From Rhodothermales bacterium (GTDB taxonomy: Bacteria > Bacteroidota > Rhodothermia > Rhodothermales > UBA10348): DNA of 44,816 bases. The stretch lies in the NCBI GenBank assembly GCA_013003255.1, contig JABDJZ010000468.1, positions 1 through 44,816 on the forward strand. The letters run 5' to 3'. Shown in pieces: positions 33,798 to 42,030 of the stretch (position 1 is the first letter of the stretch; every line of letters begins with the position of its first letter). A program made the translations under genes and the position numbers. The notes below the pieces were generated by a model. That model ran no database searches. It was not told the origin of the DNA and saw only the letters and a program-made list of their open reading frames with translations.

Positions 33798-36736
33798 GGG
33801 CGACTCCTCAGGTGCGTGATGACAGCGCTCAGGAGTTCCACCCGCTTGTCGCTGTCCAGAATGGTTTCGATGGGAAAGCCCAAGGTAACGGTCGAGGGGC
33901 CGGCAACGGCCGCGGACATGTTCGAGTCGGCATACCTCAGGACGGTCTCCGTAGCGGCCGCCGGCTCGATGGCCTCCGGCGCCTCGGCAGCATAAGTGGC
34001 AGCTCCGCGCCGCGTGTTGAACGAGAACCTTATCGAACTGAACGGACCCGCAACGCCACGCACGTGGCCCGTTCGGGACGCCCGCTCCGCCCTGTGGACA
34101 CCCCCGAGGACCTGAGCCGAGAATGCCTGATCCTCCTCGGTACCTTCAGCTAGCTCCTCGGTCACGTACGAGCCCGAGACCAGAATCCTGGCCCCGGCAT
34201 CCAGCGCCCTCCTGAGCTGCTCCTGCATCCCCGGCGGGAACGGCAGGTATTCGGGGCGATCGGGATGACCGGTCACCGAGGCGCGCTCCTCGCCCAGTTG
34301 CACGTAGATCAGGTCATAGGCGTCCGGCGCGGCGTCGCCTCCGGCAAACGCCTCGTCACTCATCGTATCAAAGGACCTGCCTGCGCCGGCTGACAGCAGA
34401 TCCCACCCCGCTTGCGCGGCAAAATCGAACGTGTTGCCCGGCTCCGGAAAAGGCTCGCGATCCGCGTGACTGGCGCCGTGCCCCGGCTGGTCATCGTCCT
34501 CCCACGCAGCAGTGGGATCAAACTCGTGCTGGGCACCCGTATAGGCCAGGTCCATCCGCTCCGGCACGCCATGGTCTAGGAACTGCGGAAAGCCGCGCCA
34601 CCCCGGAAAATCCACTGCCGCCGGCGGTCCAACCCGATCAAACGCCGAAATGACCAGCACCCGTCCCACACCCGCGTCCTCGGACAACCCGGTGGCCACC
34701 ACCTCAGAGGCTGCACTTTCGCCTCCGGCATTCAGTGCCGTGACGTAGAAGCTGGTGACTCCGTTTCCAACCGGCAGAACAGCCTCCGTTCCTGTCACGG
34801 TGACTCCGTCATCGAAACCGCCCTCCAGGATGCCGCGCGCATCGGCACGTTCTTTCCGCTGGTAAACCCGGAAAGCGCTCGGTGTGGCCGAGGGTTCAAG
34901 CGGATCCTCGACCGGTTGCCACGAGAGGTATGCCCTGCTCCCGGACCGTGACACGGCCAGATCCCCGGGCGCCAACGGCGCAATGACGGGCTCGGCCTCG
35001 CCGTGCTGCGCCGCCGTAAACCGGGCGAGGGCCTTGTAGATGGCCCGCGACACGTCGAAGCGGAATCGCGGGTCAAGCCCCAGCCGCATGTCCGCAAAAT
35101 TCTGGTGCGAGAGCAGCTCCAGCAACATGGAGGGCACATTCGGGCGATAGGCCTCGCTGTAGTCCCGATCCCAGAGCGGCCTGCGGGTCCAGGTGGAATC
35201 ATGAAGGGCCCTGACGTCGTCCACGATCTGGGTCTGTACCCAGTCGGCCAGGTCCCGGTTGGCCATACGGGACATGCCGTCTCCGAAGACCCGCGCCTCG
35301 CCCCCGTCCGACCCGTATCCGCGTGAGGAATAGATTGCGAGGGTCCCGATGGTGCTGTCATTCGGGGTGATCCCGGCATCGGTGTGGAACGCCAGCGAGA
35401 CGTCTACCGGGACGCCCAACCCTTCCGCATCCTGATCCTTGTTGGGGCCCAGCGGCCGGCCACGGAGGTAGTTCACCCACTCCCCCCGGTTGCGGTAGTC
35501 ATCCACATAGTCGCTGTCGGCTGCTTCAGTCACATTGTAGACCAGGGAGGCCGGCATGCCGTCGAACTGCAGCGCGTACCGGGCCCCTTCCTGCCACCGC
35601 GGGCGCCCGCTGGTGCGTCCGTTGCGGGCAATGACGCCGCTACCCCCGCCGAATCGTACCGCGTCGGCAGAGACGGTGGTTTCATCCGGACTCCGATCGG
35701 ACAGTCGGATCGTGCCGGGACCATTGAAGTGGTAGGTCCCGACGTACACCCAGGTACCGGGGGCCATGCGTTGATCGACCACCACCCGCGTTGTGCCTCC
35801 TGCGTGCTCGACCAGGTACTCGGCAGTCGGCGTGGCTTCGGCGTGGCGCCCATGGCTTACATAGACGGCCAGCGAGCCATGGAGCCCTTCGGCTTTCCAG
35901 GTCAGTGAGCATTCGCCAGAACCGGATGGACGAAAAAGGTGCGTTCCGTGTGCCCACGGGTTTTCTCCGCTCTGGTAGGGTGCTTCCCGCGGAGCGAATC
36001 CGGTTCCGCCGGCCTCCCAGTCGCAAACCTGCTCACTGCCCAAACCCGTGTCATGGTCTACGATGACCATTTCGGGATTCAGGTCGCGCTCTCTCGGCAT
36101 CCAGACGTAGGCGCCCGCCCGCTCCAGCATCGGTGCCAGGTAGGGTAGGACGAATGCCGTGGGAAAGATGTCTTCCACCGTGGTGAAGAGCCGCGCGCGC
36201 TGCCATTCCCAGCGATCGAGCGAGGCCTCATAGTACCAGCCGTGGGAGGCCCAGAGCGCGATGTGCCTGCCGGCAAGCCCCCGCGTGGGCGCGGGCGCAC
36301 GGTCCGGCCAAACCACTAGTGGTCGGGGGGCCGCTCCCCCGTCCGGGCGGCGGGATGGATCGATCGGCAAGGCGGACCGCTCGTGGTTGGGCACCAGCTG
36401 GGTGACGGGGTGCTCGAGTGACCAGGCACGGAGGGAGTCTACCGCCAGCGCCTCCCGAAGCCCTGCCAGGAAGACCTGGATATCCTCCTCTCTGGACGGC
36501 GTCTGCGCATACGCATCGTTGAGCCATACCTCGAGGACGCCGTCGCCCCCTACAAGCAGGGTATCGATGCCGGCACCGGAATCGAGGGGGAAGCCGCAAT
36601 CGACCTCCTTGCACAGGGAGAGATAGTCTGAAGCCCGCTCCGTGGGTGATGGAGTGGGGTCGACCGTCAGTGACCCCGGCCCGGAGCAGCCGACCAAGGT
36701 GAGCAAAAGGCCAAAGGCCAGTGGGTGCCTACTCAA
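33794..36736 (-). CDS. Large lipoprotein with split Amidase_3-like (MurNAc-L-Ala amidase fold) domain, inserted beta-rich module and FN3-like domain
   Basis: ORF 33794..36808. The in-frame TTG at 36736 (codon checked) gives a textbook lipoprotein signal, (M)SRHPLAFGLLLTLVGC. Amidase_3-like landmarks are HIALWASHGWYYE, VDVSLAFHTDAG (compare SIHADA) and PSMLLELLSHQNFADM (compare the E-x-GF-SN end block). An FN3-like stretch is present (PGDLAVSRSGSRAYLSWQPVEDP...VTSFYVTALNAGGESAAS). Functional assignment is tentative. Confidence 0.7.
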   Translation of the reverse strand: MSRHPLAFGLLLTLVGCSGPGSLTVDPTPSPTERASDYLSLCKEVDCGFPLDSGAGIDTLLVGGDGVLEVWLNDAYAQTPSREEDIQVFLAGLREALAVDSLRAWSLEHPVTQLVPNHERSALPIDPSRRPDGGAAPRPLVVWPDRAPAPTRGLAGRHIALWASHGWYYEASLDRWEWQRARLFTTVEDIFPTAFVLPYLAPMLERAGAYVWMPRERDLNPEMVIVDHDTGLGSEQVCDWEAGGTGFAPREAPYQSGENPWAHGTHLFRPSGSGECSLTWKAEGLHGSLAVYVSHGRHAEATPTAEYLVEHAGGTTRVVVDQRMAPGTWVYVGTYHFNGPGTIRLSDRSPDETTVSADAVRFGGGSGVIARNGRTSGRPRWQEGARYALQFDGMPASLVYNVTEAADSDYVDDYRNRGEWVNYLRGRPLGPNKDQDAEGLGVPVDVSLAFHTDAGITPNDSTIGTLAIYSSRGYGSDGGEARVFGDGMSRMANRDLADWVQTQIVDDVRALHDSTWTRRPLWDRDYSEAYRPNVPSMLLELLSHQNFADMRLGLDPRFRFDVSRAIYKALARFTAAQHGEAEPVIAPLAPGDLAVSRSGSRAYLSWQPVEDPLEPSATPSAFRVYQRKERADARGILEGGFDDGVTVTGTEAVLPVGNGVTSFYVTALNAGGESAASEVVATGLSEDAGVGRVLVISAFDRVGPPAAVDFPGWRGFPQFLDHGVPERMDLAYTGAQHEFDPTAAWEDDDQPGHGASHADREPFPEPGNTFDFAAQAGWDLLSAGAGRSFDTMSDEAFAGGDAAPDAYDLIYVQLGEERASVTGHPDRPEYLPFPPGMQEQLRRALDAGARILVSGSYVTEELAEGTEEDQAFSAQVLGGVHRAERASRTGHVRGVAGPFSSIRFSFNTRRGAATYAAEAPEAIEPAAATETVLRYADSNMSAAVAGPSTVTLGFPIETILDSDKRVELLSAVITHLRSRP

Positions 36737-38249
36737 CGGCTTGCCTCCGCAGGGCCCAGGCGTTGGGGCTCTCGATTCCAAGCGCACTGACGGCTGAGAC
36801 CACCGCAATCACGGGGGCATCCGTGTAGGAAACGGCGCGTTCGATTCCCGGGATCAGACGGACCTGCCACCTGGAGCCGTCCCACTCGCGCAGGTGCCAG
36901 ACCCGGGGCGGCTGCTCCCCTTCCCTGGGGCTGATTCGCAGTTGCATCCCCTCCCACGCAACGCGCGGGACGGCGGGCGTGGTACCGCCCAGCCAGGTAG
37001 TGACCGGAGTGAGCGCCGGCTCGGCATAGACGCTGTCCCGGAGCAGCACGTGGGCGCCAACGCCCGGCATCAACGCCTTCATGCTGAAATGGATATTCCC
37101 GTCCGACTCCGGCGTGTTCCGGGTATGCCGGACCTGGCGCAGGAGCTCTTCGGGCTCCCAGTAGGCCGACCCCTCCAGGATAATGCGACTGGCGTAGTTG
37201 CCCGGCCAGAGGTGCCGGTCCAGCACATTCTGCTCATTCCACCAGTCCAGAAGCGGGCCGTAGGGTTGACCGCTGCTGTCCAGGGCCCAGTAGAGTTGGG
37301 GCGTGAAGTAGTCTACCCATCCCTGCTGCAGCCAGAGACGTGCATCGGCGTAGAGTCCTTCGTACTGGTCAAACCCCTCGATGCCCTCCGGGTGGCCCGG
37401 GCGCCAGATCCCGAAGGGACTGATGCCCACCTTGACCTCCGGCCGCTCAGCCTTGACCGTACCGTAGAGGTCGCTTACAAATCGATTGACGTTGTCCCGC
37501 CGCCAGTCCGCGCGGTCTCCCTCGTAGCCCGAGGCCTGCCAGGAAGGGTCATCCGGGAATGGGATTGCCTGCCCCAGCGAGTCGTTGGCCGGATAGGGAT
37601 AGAAATAGTCATCCAGATGAATGCCGTCAACGTCGTAGCGACGCACAACGTCCATCATCACGGCCAGGCTGTGATCGCGCGCCTCAGGTATCCCGGGGTC
37701 CATCCAGTGCAGGTTTCCGTACTCCACGACCCAGTCCGGCTGGCTGACCTGGACGTGCAGGGAATCGTAGGCGCCCTCGGTGGTGGGGTGCCCTGCCCGG
37801 AACGGATTGAACCAGGCGTGCAACTCCATCCCGCGTCCATGCGCTTCCTCGATGGCAAACGCCAGCGGGTCGTAGCCCGGATCCCCACCCTGCTGGCCGG
37901 TCAGATAACTCGACCAGGGCTCGAGGTCGGACCGGTAGAGGGCATCCGCCATCGGCCGCACTTGGAAAACCACGGCGTTCAATCCAAGCGCCGCCGCCTG
38001 ATCCAGCATGTGCCTGAGTTCCGCCTGCTGCGTCCCGGTATCGAGCCCGGCCTCCGACGGCCAATCGATGTTGGCCACGGTGGCAATCCACGCCCCGCGG
38101 AACTCGCGCATGGCGGATGGAGGGGGTTCTGACGGAATCGACGGCGTCGAGGCCGGAATGGCCGTTGTAGGTGCAGTCTGGAGCGATCCGGTACAACCGG
38201 AACCAAGAACCAGGGTCAGCAGGACGGCCGTCGCCAGCGAACGCAGCAT
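36729..38249 (-). CDS. Glycoside-hydrolase-like family 10 (GHL10 / DUF187, YngK-like) lipoprotein
   Basis: Signal/lipobox MLRSLATAVLLTLVLGSGC. GHL10 blocks are FRGAWIATVANIDWPS, GLNAVVFQVRP, ELHAWFNPF and DGIHLDDYFYPYP. The track start at 38252 is a TTG, immediately followed by the ATG at 38249. Confidence 0.85.
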   Translation of the reverse strand: MLRSLATAVLLTLVLGSGCTGSLQTAPTTAIPASTPSIPSEPPPSAMREFRGAWIATVANIDWPSEAGLDTGTQQAELRHMLDQAAALGLNAVVFQVRPMADALYRSDLEPWSSYLTGQQGGDPGYDPLAFAIEEAHGRGMELHAWFNPFRAGHPTTEGAYDSLHVQVSQPDWVVEYGNLHWMDPGIPEARDHSLAVMMDVVRRYDVDGIHLDDYFYPYPANDSLGQAIPFPDDPSWQASGYEGDRADWRRDNVNRFVSDLYGTVKAERPEVKVGISPFGIWRPGHPEGIEGFDQYEGLYADARLWLQQGWVDYFTPQLYWALDSSGQPYGPLLDWWNEQNVLDRHLWPGNYASRIILEGSAYWEPEELLRQVRHTRNTPESDGNIHFSMKALMPGVGAHVLLRDSVYAEPALTPVTTWLGGTTPAVPRVAWEGMQLRISPREGEQPPRVWHLREWDGSRWQVRLIPGIERAVSYTDAPVIAVVSAVSALGIESPNAWALRRQAVE

Positions 38250-38336
38250 CAAGATGTGGGTGGCGATAAGGACATGAACGTGGTCCGGAGCGGGGCGTTA
38301 AGTTATCGCCTTCCCTTTCCCTCGACAACTGATTCC

Positions 38337-38972
38337 ATGGTCACCGCGTTGCTTTCAGCATTCGCACTCACCAGCGCCGTGGTGCTGGTGCGGGCCGAGC
38401 GCCAGGGCTTTCAGAATCTGGTCTACCTCGCCAAGCCACTGGCGATGATCTCGATCATCCTGATAGCCGTGTTCGCCTGGCCCACGGTGAGCGACGCATA
38501 CCGCCTCTGGATGCTGATCGGTCTCGGGTTCTCCCTTTTGGGGGACATAGCGCTCATGCTTCCCCGAGACCGGTTCCTGGCCGGCCTCTCAGCCTTTCTG
38601 GTGGGGCACGTGGCCTACGCCATGGCATTCCTGGGAAGACTGACCGAGTTCTCCCCGCTGCCCTACCTGCCGTTCGCGCTGGCCGCCGTGTTCATTGTGG
38701 TCATTCTTTGGCGTCACCTGGATCGGCTCAGGCTACCCGTCATCGTCTATGCGGCGGCCATTGCCGTCATGGCGGGCAGTGCCTGGGCAGTCGCGATGGC
38801 AACCGGGTCGCTTTCGGGATGGCTGGCCGCGGCAGGGGCCTCCCTCTTCCTGTTCTCGGACGTGGTGCTCGCCCTGAACCGGTTCGTGGGCGAGATCAAG
38901 AATTCGGACGCCCTCATCGTAGCCACCTACTTCCCCGGTCAGCTACTCCTGGCGCTCTCCGTGTTCGGCTGA
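38337..38972 (+). CDS. YhhN-family membrane protein (lysoplasmalogenase-like)
   Basis: ORF 38256..38972. The ATG at 38337 gives MVTALLSAFALTSAVVLV. YhhN motifs are LGDIALML, FLVGHVAYAMAF and LFLFSDVVLALNRF. The protein is ~7 TM and ~211 aa. Confidence 0.85.
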   Translation: MVTALLSAFALTSAVVLVRAERQGFQNLVYLAKPLAMISIILIAVFAWPTVSDAYRLWMLIGLGFSLLGDIALMLPRDRFLAGLSAFLVGHVAYAMAFLGRLTEFSPLPYLPFALAAVFIVVILWRHLDRLRLPVIVYAAAIAVMAGSAWAVAMATGSLSGWLAAAGASLFLFSDVVLALNRFVGEIKNSDALIVATYFPGQLLLALSVFG

Positions 38973-39935
38973 GGGCCCGGCCGGATCAAGGCGGGTCCAG
39001 AGTCCGGAGTCAGCTGACCAGGCGCCACGCGCCATCCGGGGCGTGTTGTAGGCCCACGCACCCGGGCCAGCTGAGCTCAACAGAATCAGGCCGGCTGATG
39101 CGTCCACTCCGGCGTGATTGCTGATCCGGGTCCGCATGCGGTGAATCTCGCCCTCAGCCGCCTTGAGGACATCCACGCCGCGCTCCACGGCCGCCACGGC
39201 GCGCCCTGCCAGACCTGCCGACGCAATGGCCTCGCCCCATCCGGTGGAACTCGCCGCGGCATCGCGGTCCGCGTAGTACCCGCATCCCGGCAGGGGCGAA
39301 TCGCCCACGCGACCCTCGGGTCGAAAGGGGGTGCCGCCGGTCGACGTGCCGGCCGCCATCTGCCCGCGGGCGTCCCGGACCACGCATCCCACCGTGCCCC
39401 GGGGGACCGAAGCCAGGAACGCCTCGCTGGTGTGCCAGGCCGGGTCCTTCTGCAGCACCTCCCACCTGCGCTGCTCGCGCGGATGGATGAGGTCGGACAC
39501 GGAAGCACGCGGAATCCCTGCGTCGTGGAGATGCCGCTCGGCCTCCCGGCCGGCCATGAAGCGCACCTGCCCCTTACCGGACTCCAGGACCAGGTGGGCC
39601 GCCTTGATGGGGTGCGCCACCGTACGAAGGGCTCCCACGGCTCCGAACGCCAGATCCTCGCCCCGCATGACACCGGCATCCATTTCCACAATGCCGGTCC
39701 GGGTAAGCACGGAGCCGCTCCCCGCATCGAACACGCCCGAGGCCTCCTGCGTCGCGACGACTTCGACCACCACTTCCTCGGCAGCCCGGCCCTGCTCCAG
39801 CGCGCGGATACCGGCCTCGAGGGCCCGGACCATGCCGTCGATGTGGCGATCCGTTTCATCCGACGGAATGTCCCAGGCACCGCCGTGCAGCAGGATGGCT
39901 GGACCGGATCCGAGTTCGACTCGACCTGAACGCAT
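38943..39935 (-). CDS. Isoaspartyl peptidase / L-asparaginase (Ntn hydrolase, asparaginase-2 family)
   Basis: ORF 38943..40316. Motifs are ILLHGGAW, the autoprocessing/nucleophile site GTVGCVV, AAGTSTGG and GRVGDSPLPGCGYYA. The ATG at 39935 (MRSGRVELGSGPAILLHGGAW) is preferred; another ATG lies at 39983. The 3' end overlaps the convergent YhhN gene by 30 nt. Confidence 0.85.
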   Translation of the reverse strand: MRSGRVELGSGPAILLHGGAWDIPSDETDRHIDGMVRALEAGIRALEQGRAAEEVVVEVVATQEASGVFDAGSGSVLTRTGIVEMDAGVMRGEDLAFGAVGALRTVAHPIKAAHLVLESGKGQVRFMAGREAERHLHDAGIPRASVSDLIHPREQRRWEVLQKDPAWHTSEAFLASVPRGTVGCVVRDARGQMAAGTSTGGTPFRPEGRVGDSPLPGCGYYADRDAAASSTGWGEAIASAGLAGRAVAAVERGVDVLKAAEGEIHRMRTRISNHAGVDASAGLILLSSAGPGAWAYNTPRMARGAWSADSGLWTRLDPAGPSAEHGERQE

Positions 39936-39981
39936 GGAGACTGCAGCGGGATTGACGGCAACAGCTTTGTAATATAGACGC

Positions 39982-40749
39982 ATGCGCTTCGCTCCCCACC
40001 TCCTGATTCTGGCAGGTCTGGCACTGTCTGCTCCGGCCGAGGCCCGGCAGGCGGACGATCCAATCCGGTTCCTGCTCTGGCCCGTCGAGGACGTTCGGGC
40101 CATCTCCGGTGGACTGAACCTAAAATCGGCCGGGATTGCGACCGGTGCAGCCGCCGGCATCTGGCTGATGAGTCGCCATGATGAGTCCCTCACGGACTGG
40201 GCGAATGACCTGGAGTCCAATCGTGGTTTGCGCCTCGCGCAGGAATTCGGCCATGCCCGGGTCGTTCGCCCAACGCTCGGGGTTCTCTTAGTTGGACGCA
40301 TGATGACTGGAAACACGCGGAGTCAGGACGCCTCCTTTACGGCGCTTGAGTCCGTTATTCTGGCCAACCTGGTTACGAATTCGCTCAAGAGCGTGTTCGG
40401 CCGGGCCCGTCCCTGGGAGAACCGGGGTTCCGGATCATTCAGCCCGTTTTCCGGCCACCGCTCCATGCCCTCGGGACACGCGACGACGGCCTTTGCCTCC
40501 CTGACGCCGTTTGCCCTCTACTACGGAGGCATTGTCGGCGGCGGTCTGTTCCTGCTGGCCACCACGACCGCGTTTTCCAGGATGGCCACAAACGCACATT
40601 GGTTCTCGGATGTGGTAGCTGGCAGCCTGATCGGGTTCTCCACGGGCTGGGTACTGACGCGGCGTCACGTGGCAGCCGGGCGCGTCACGGTAAGGCCGGG
40701 CCCTGCGTCGTTGGCGGTCACCGTGTCGCTGAACCGGCCACGCCCCTAA
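39982..40749 (+). CDS. PAP2-family phosphatase, secreted/membrane
   Basis: Signal peptide MRFAPHLLILAGLALSAPAEA. The three PAP2 motifs are present: KSVFGRARP, PSGH and SRMATNAHWFSDVVAG. Confidence 0.85.
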   Translation: MRFAPHLLILAGLALSAPAEARQADDPIRFLLWPVEDVRAISGGLNLKSAGIATGAAAGIWLMSRHDESLTDWANDLESNRGLRLAQEFGHARVVRPTLGVLLVGRMMTGNTRSQDASFTALESVILANLVTNSLKSVFGRARPWENRGSGSFSPFSGHRSMPSGHATTAFASLTPFALYYGGIVGGGLFLLATTTAFSRMATNAHWFSDVVAGSLIGFSTGWVLTRRHVAAGRVTVRPGPASLAVTVSLNRPRP

Positions 40750-40790
40750 AATGGAAAAGCCGCTGACTCCATTGCTGGAATCAGCGGCTT
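40748..40790 (-). terminator. Shared hairpin between convergent genes; a better intrinsic terminator on the minus strand
   Basis: A perfect 10-bp stem AAGCCGCTGA (40757-40766) / TCAGCGGCTT (40781-40790) is present. On the minus strand it is followed by TTTTCCATTTT. On the plus strand it starts 8 nt after the PAP2 stop but lacks a T tract. Confidence 0.55.
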
Positions 40791-40810
40791 CTCATCTATC
40801 TGATAACGTG

Positions 40811-40930
40811 CTAGGCCACCAGAGCAGCGATGGCCGTGAGAATCACGACCGCCGTGGCCACGTAGGCCAGTTGCTCGGGTCCGGCCTGCATGCGTTCACG
40901 CTGTGATGCGCTATGCATGTCCGTCTCCAT
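40811..40930 (-). CDS. Hypothetical 39-aa tail-anchored small membrane protein
   Basis: This is the inner part of track ORF 40811..41146. From the ATG at 40930 the product is METDMHSASQRERMQAGPEQLAYVATAVVILTAIAALVA: a polar head plus one C-terminal TM helix. It is followed 20 nt later by the minus-strand terminator hairpin. There is no homology argument, so the coding status is unproven. Confidence 0.3.
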   Translation of the reverse strand: METDMHSASQRERMQAGPEQLAYVATAVVILTAIAALVA

Positions 40931-41060
40931 CTTTATGTGAAACGGGCACTCACCCCAGAGGGGAAGCGCCCGACAATTCAATGAACTATGGGGTCTTATA
41001 CGTCCCCATTTCAGGAAGGTGACCCGGAGTTCGGCCCCGAGGGTTGAATACACGCCTCCT

Positions 41061-42002
41061 TCACCGATCAGAGGCCGCCTCGGCACGGACCACGCGATCC
41101 CGCAGAGCCACACCGATGCCGGAAGCCGGCGGGCGCTCGCAATCAATCTGCTTCACCCCAACAGAGTCCGCCTTGCGAAAGAAGGCATAGAGGGTGCGGG
41201 CGTATGACTCGAGGTCCGGCACGACCTCCGTGATCACGTAGCCCGGCTCGGGTTGCTGCAATCCGATATACGCGGCGCCGTCCCTGGGACGCGGGGCGTC
41301 AACAACAGTCACGCGGGCCGTCGGCGCATAGTGCGGATGGCGCGTCCCGGGGCTGGCATCGAGTCGTTCGCCGCGCGCCATGATACCCGGAAGCACGTCG
41401 CGGAGCTGTTCAAGGCTGATGCCCCCGGTCCTGAGCACAGCCGGAACCGGACCGGAGCAGTCCACCACGGTGGATTCAATCCCCACTTCCGGGCGCTCCC
41501 CCATGAGGAGGCCGTCAATCCTGCCATCAAGGTCAGCCAGCACGGCCTGCCACGTGGTACCGCTTGGACGCCCCGAACGGTTGGCTGACGGAGCAGCAAC
41601 CGGAATGCCGGCCGCCTTCAGCACCGCCCGGGCTACAGGGTGGGCGGGTACCCGAACGCCGACCGTTTCCAGCCCGGCGGAGACGGCCGGCACGATGGAG
41701 GGCCCGCGCGGGACGATGACGGTAATGGGCCCCGGTGCAAAGGCCTCCAGGAGCCACGATGCGGCTTCCGGCACCTCCGCCGCCACTTCTTCAATCTGTT
41801 CGGCGCCCGCCAGGTGTACGATCAGGGGGTTGTCTCCCGGACGGCCCTTCGCGCGATACACCCGTTCCACGGCGAGGGGATTCGTTGCGTCGGCGCCCAG
41901 GCCGTAGACAGTCTCGGTCGGAAAAGCCACCAGCTTGCCCTCGCGCAGGAGTCCGGCCGCCTCGACGGGATCGGTGAGTATTCGGGTGCGGGTGCTAATC
42001 AC
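41061..42002 (-). CDS. tsaC: L-threonylcarbamoyladenylate synthase, Sua5/YwlC long form
   Basis: ORF 41061..42083. The YrdC domain shows GKLVAFPTETVYGLGADATN and RVYRAKGRPGDNPLIVHL. A C-terminal Sua5 domain is present (...HYAPTARV...). The GTG at 42002 (codon checked; VISTRTRILTDPVEAAGLL) avoids a 53-nt overlap with the upstream pump gene. Start is uncertain. Confidence 0.85.
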   Translation of the reverse strand: MISTRTRILTDPVEAAGLLREGKLVAFPTETVYGLGADATNPLAVERVYRAKGRPGDNPLIVHLAGAEQIEEVAAEVPEAASWLLEAFAPGPITVIVPRGPSIVPAVSAGLETVGVRVPAHPVARAVLKAAGIPVAAPSANRSGRPSGTTWQAVLADLDGRIDGLLMGERPEVGIESTVVDCSGPVPAVLRTGGISLEQLRDVLPGIMARGERLDASPGTRHPHYAPTARVTVVDAPRPRDGAAYIGLQQPEPGYVITEVVPDLESYARTLYAFFRKADSVGVKQIDCERPPASGIGVALRDRVVRAEAASDR

Positions 42003-42030
42003 GGGCCCACATACGCGGCCCCACCAGCGG

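Noticed and set aside
39935-39984. Apparent head-to-head overlap of the asparaginase and PAP2 starts on a shared CATG (39981-39984)
   Set aside because: The overlap depends on using the upstream Met of the asparaginase ORF. The downstream ATG at 39935 gives a family-typical N-terminus and leaves a normal 46-nt divergent gap.
36894-40063. Plus ORF 36894..38132 (antisense to GHL10) and ORFs 39086..40063 / 39114..39929 / 39331..39972 over the asparaginase gene
   Set aside because: These are shadows of genes with clear family motifs.
40795-41060. Possible tmRNA, because the small ORF ends in ...AIAALVA, which is reminiscent of an ssrA tag
   Set aside because: There is no tRNA-like acceptor/T-arm (no GGUUCGAAUCC-type sequence and no 5' GGGG...CCA pairing). 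The ORF also starts with a normal ATG.
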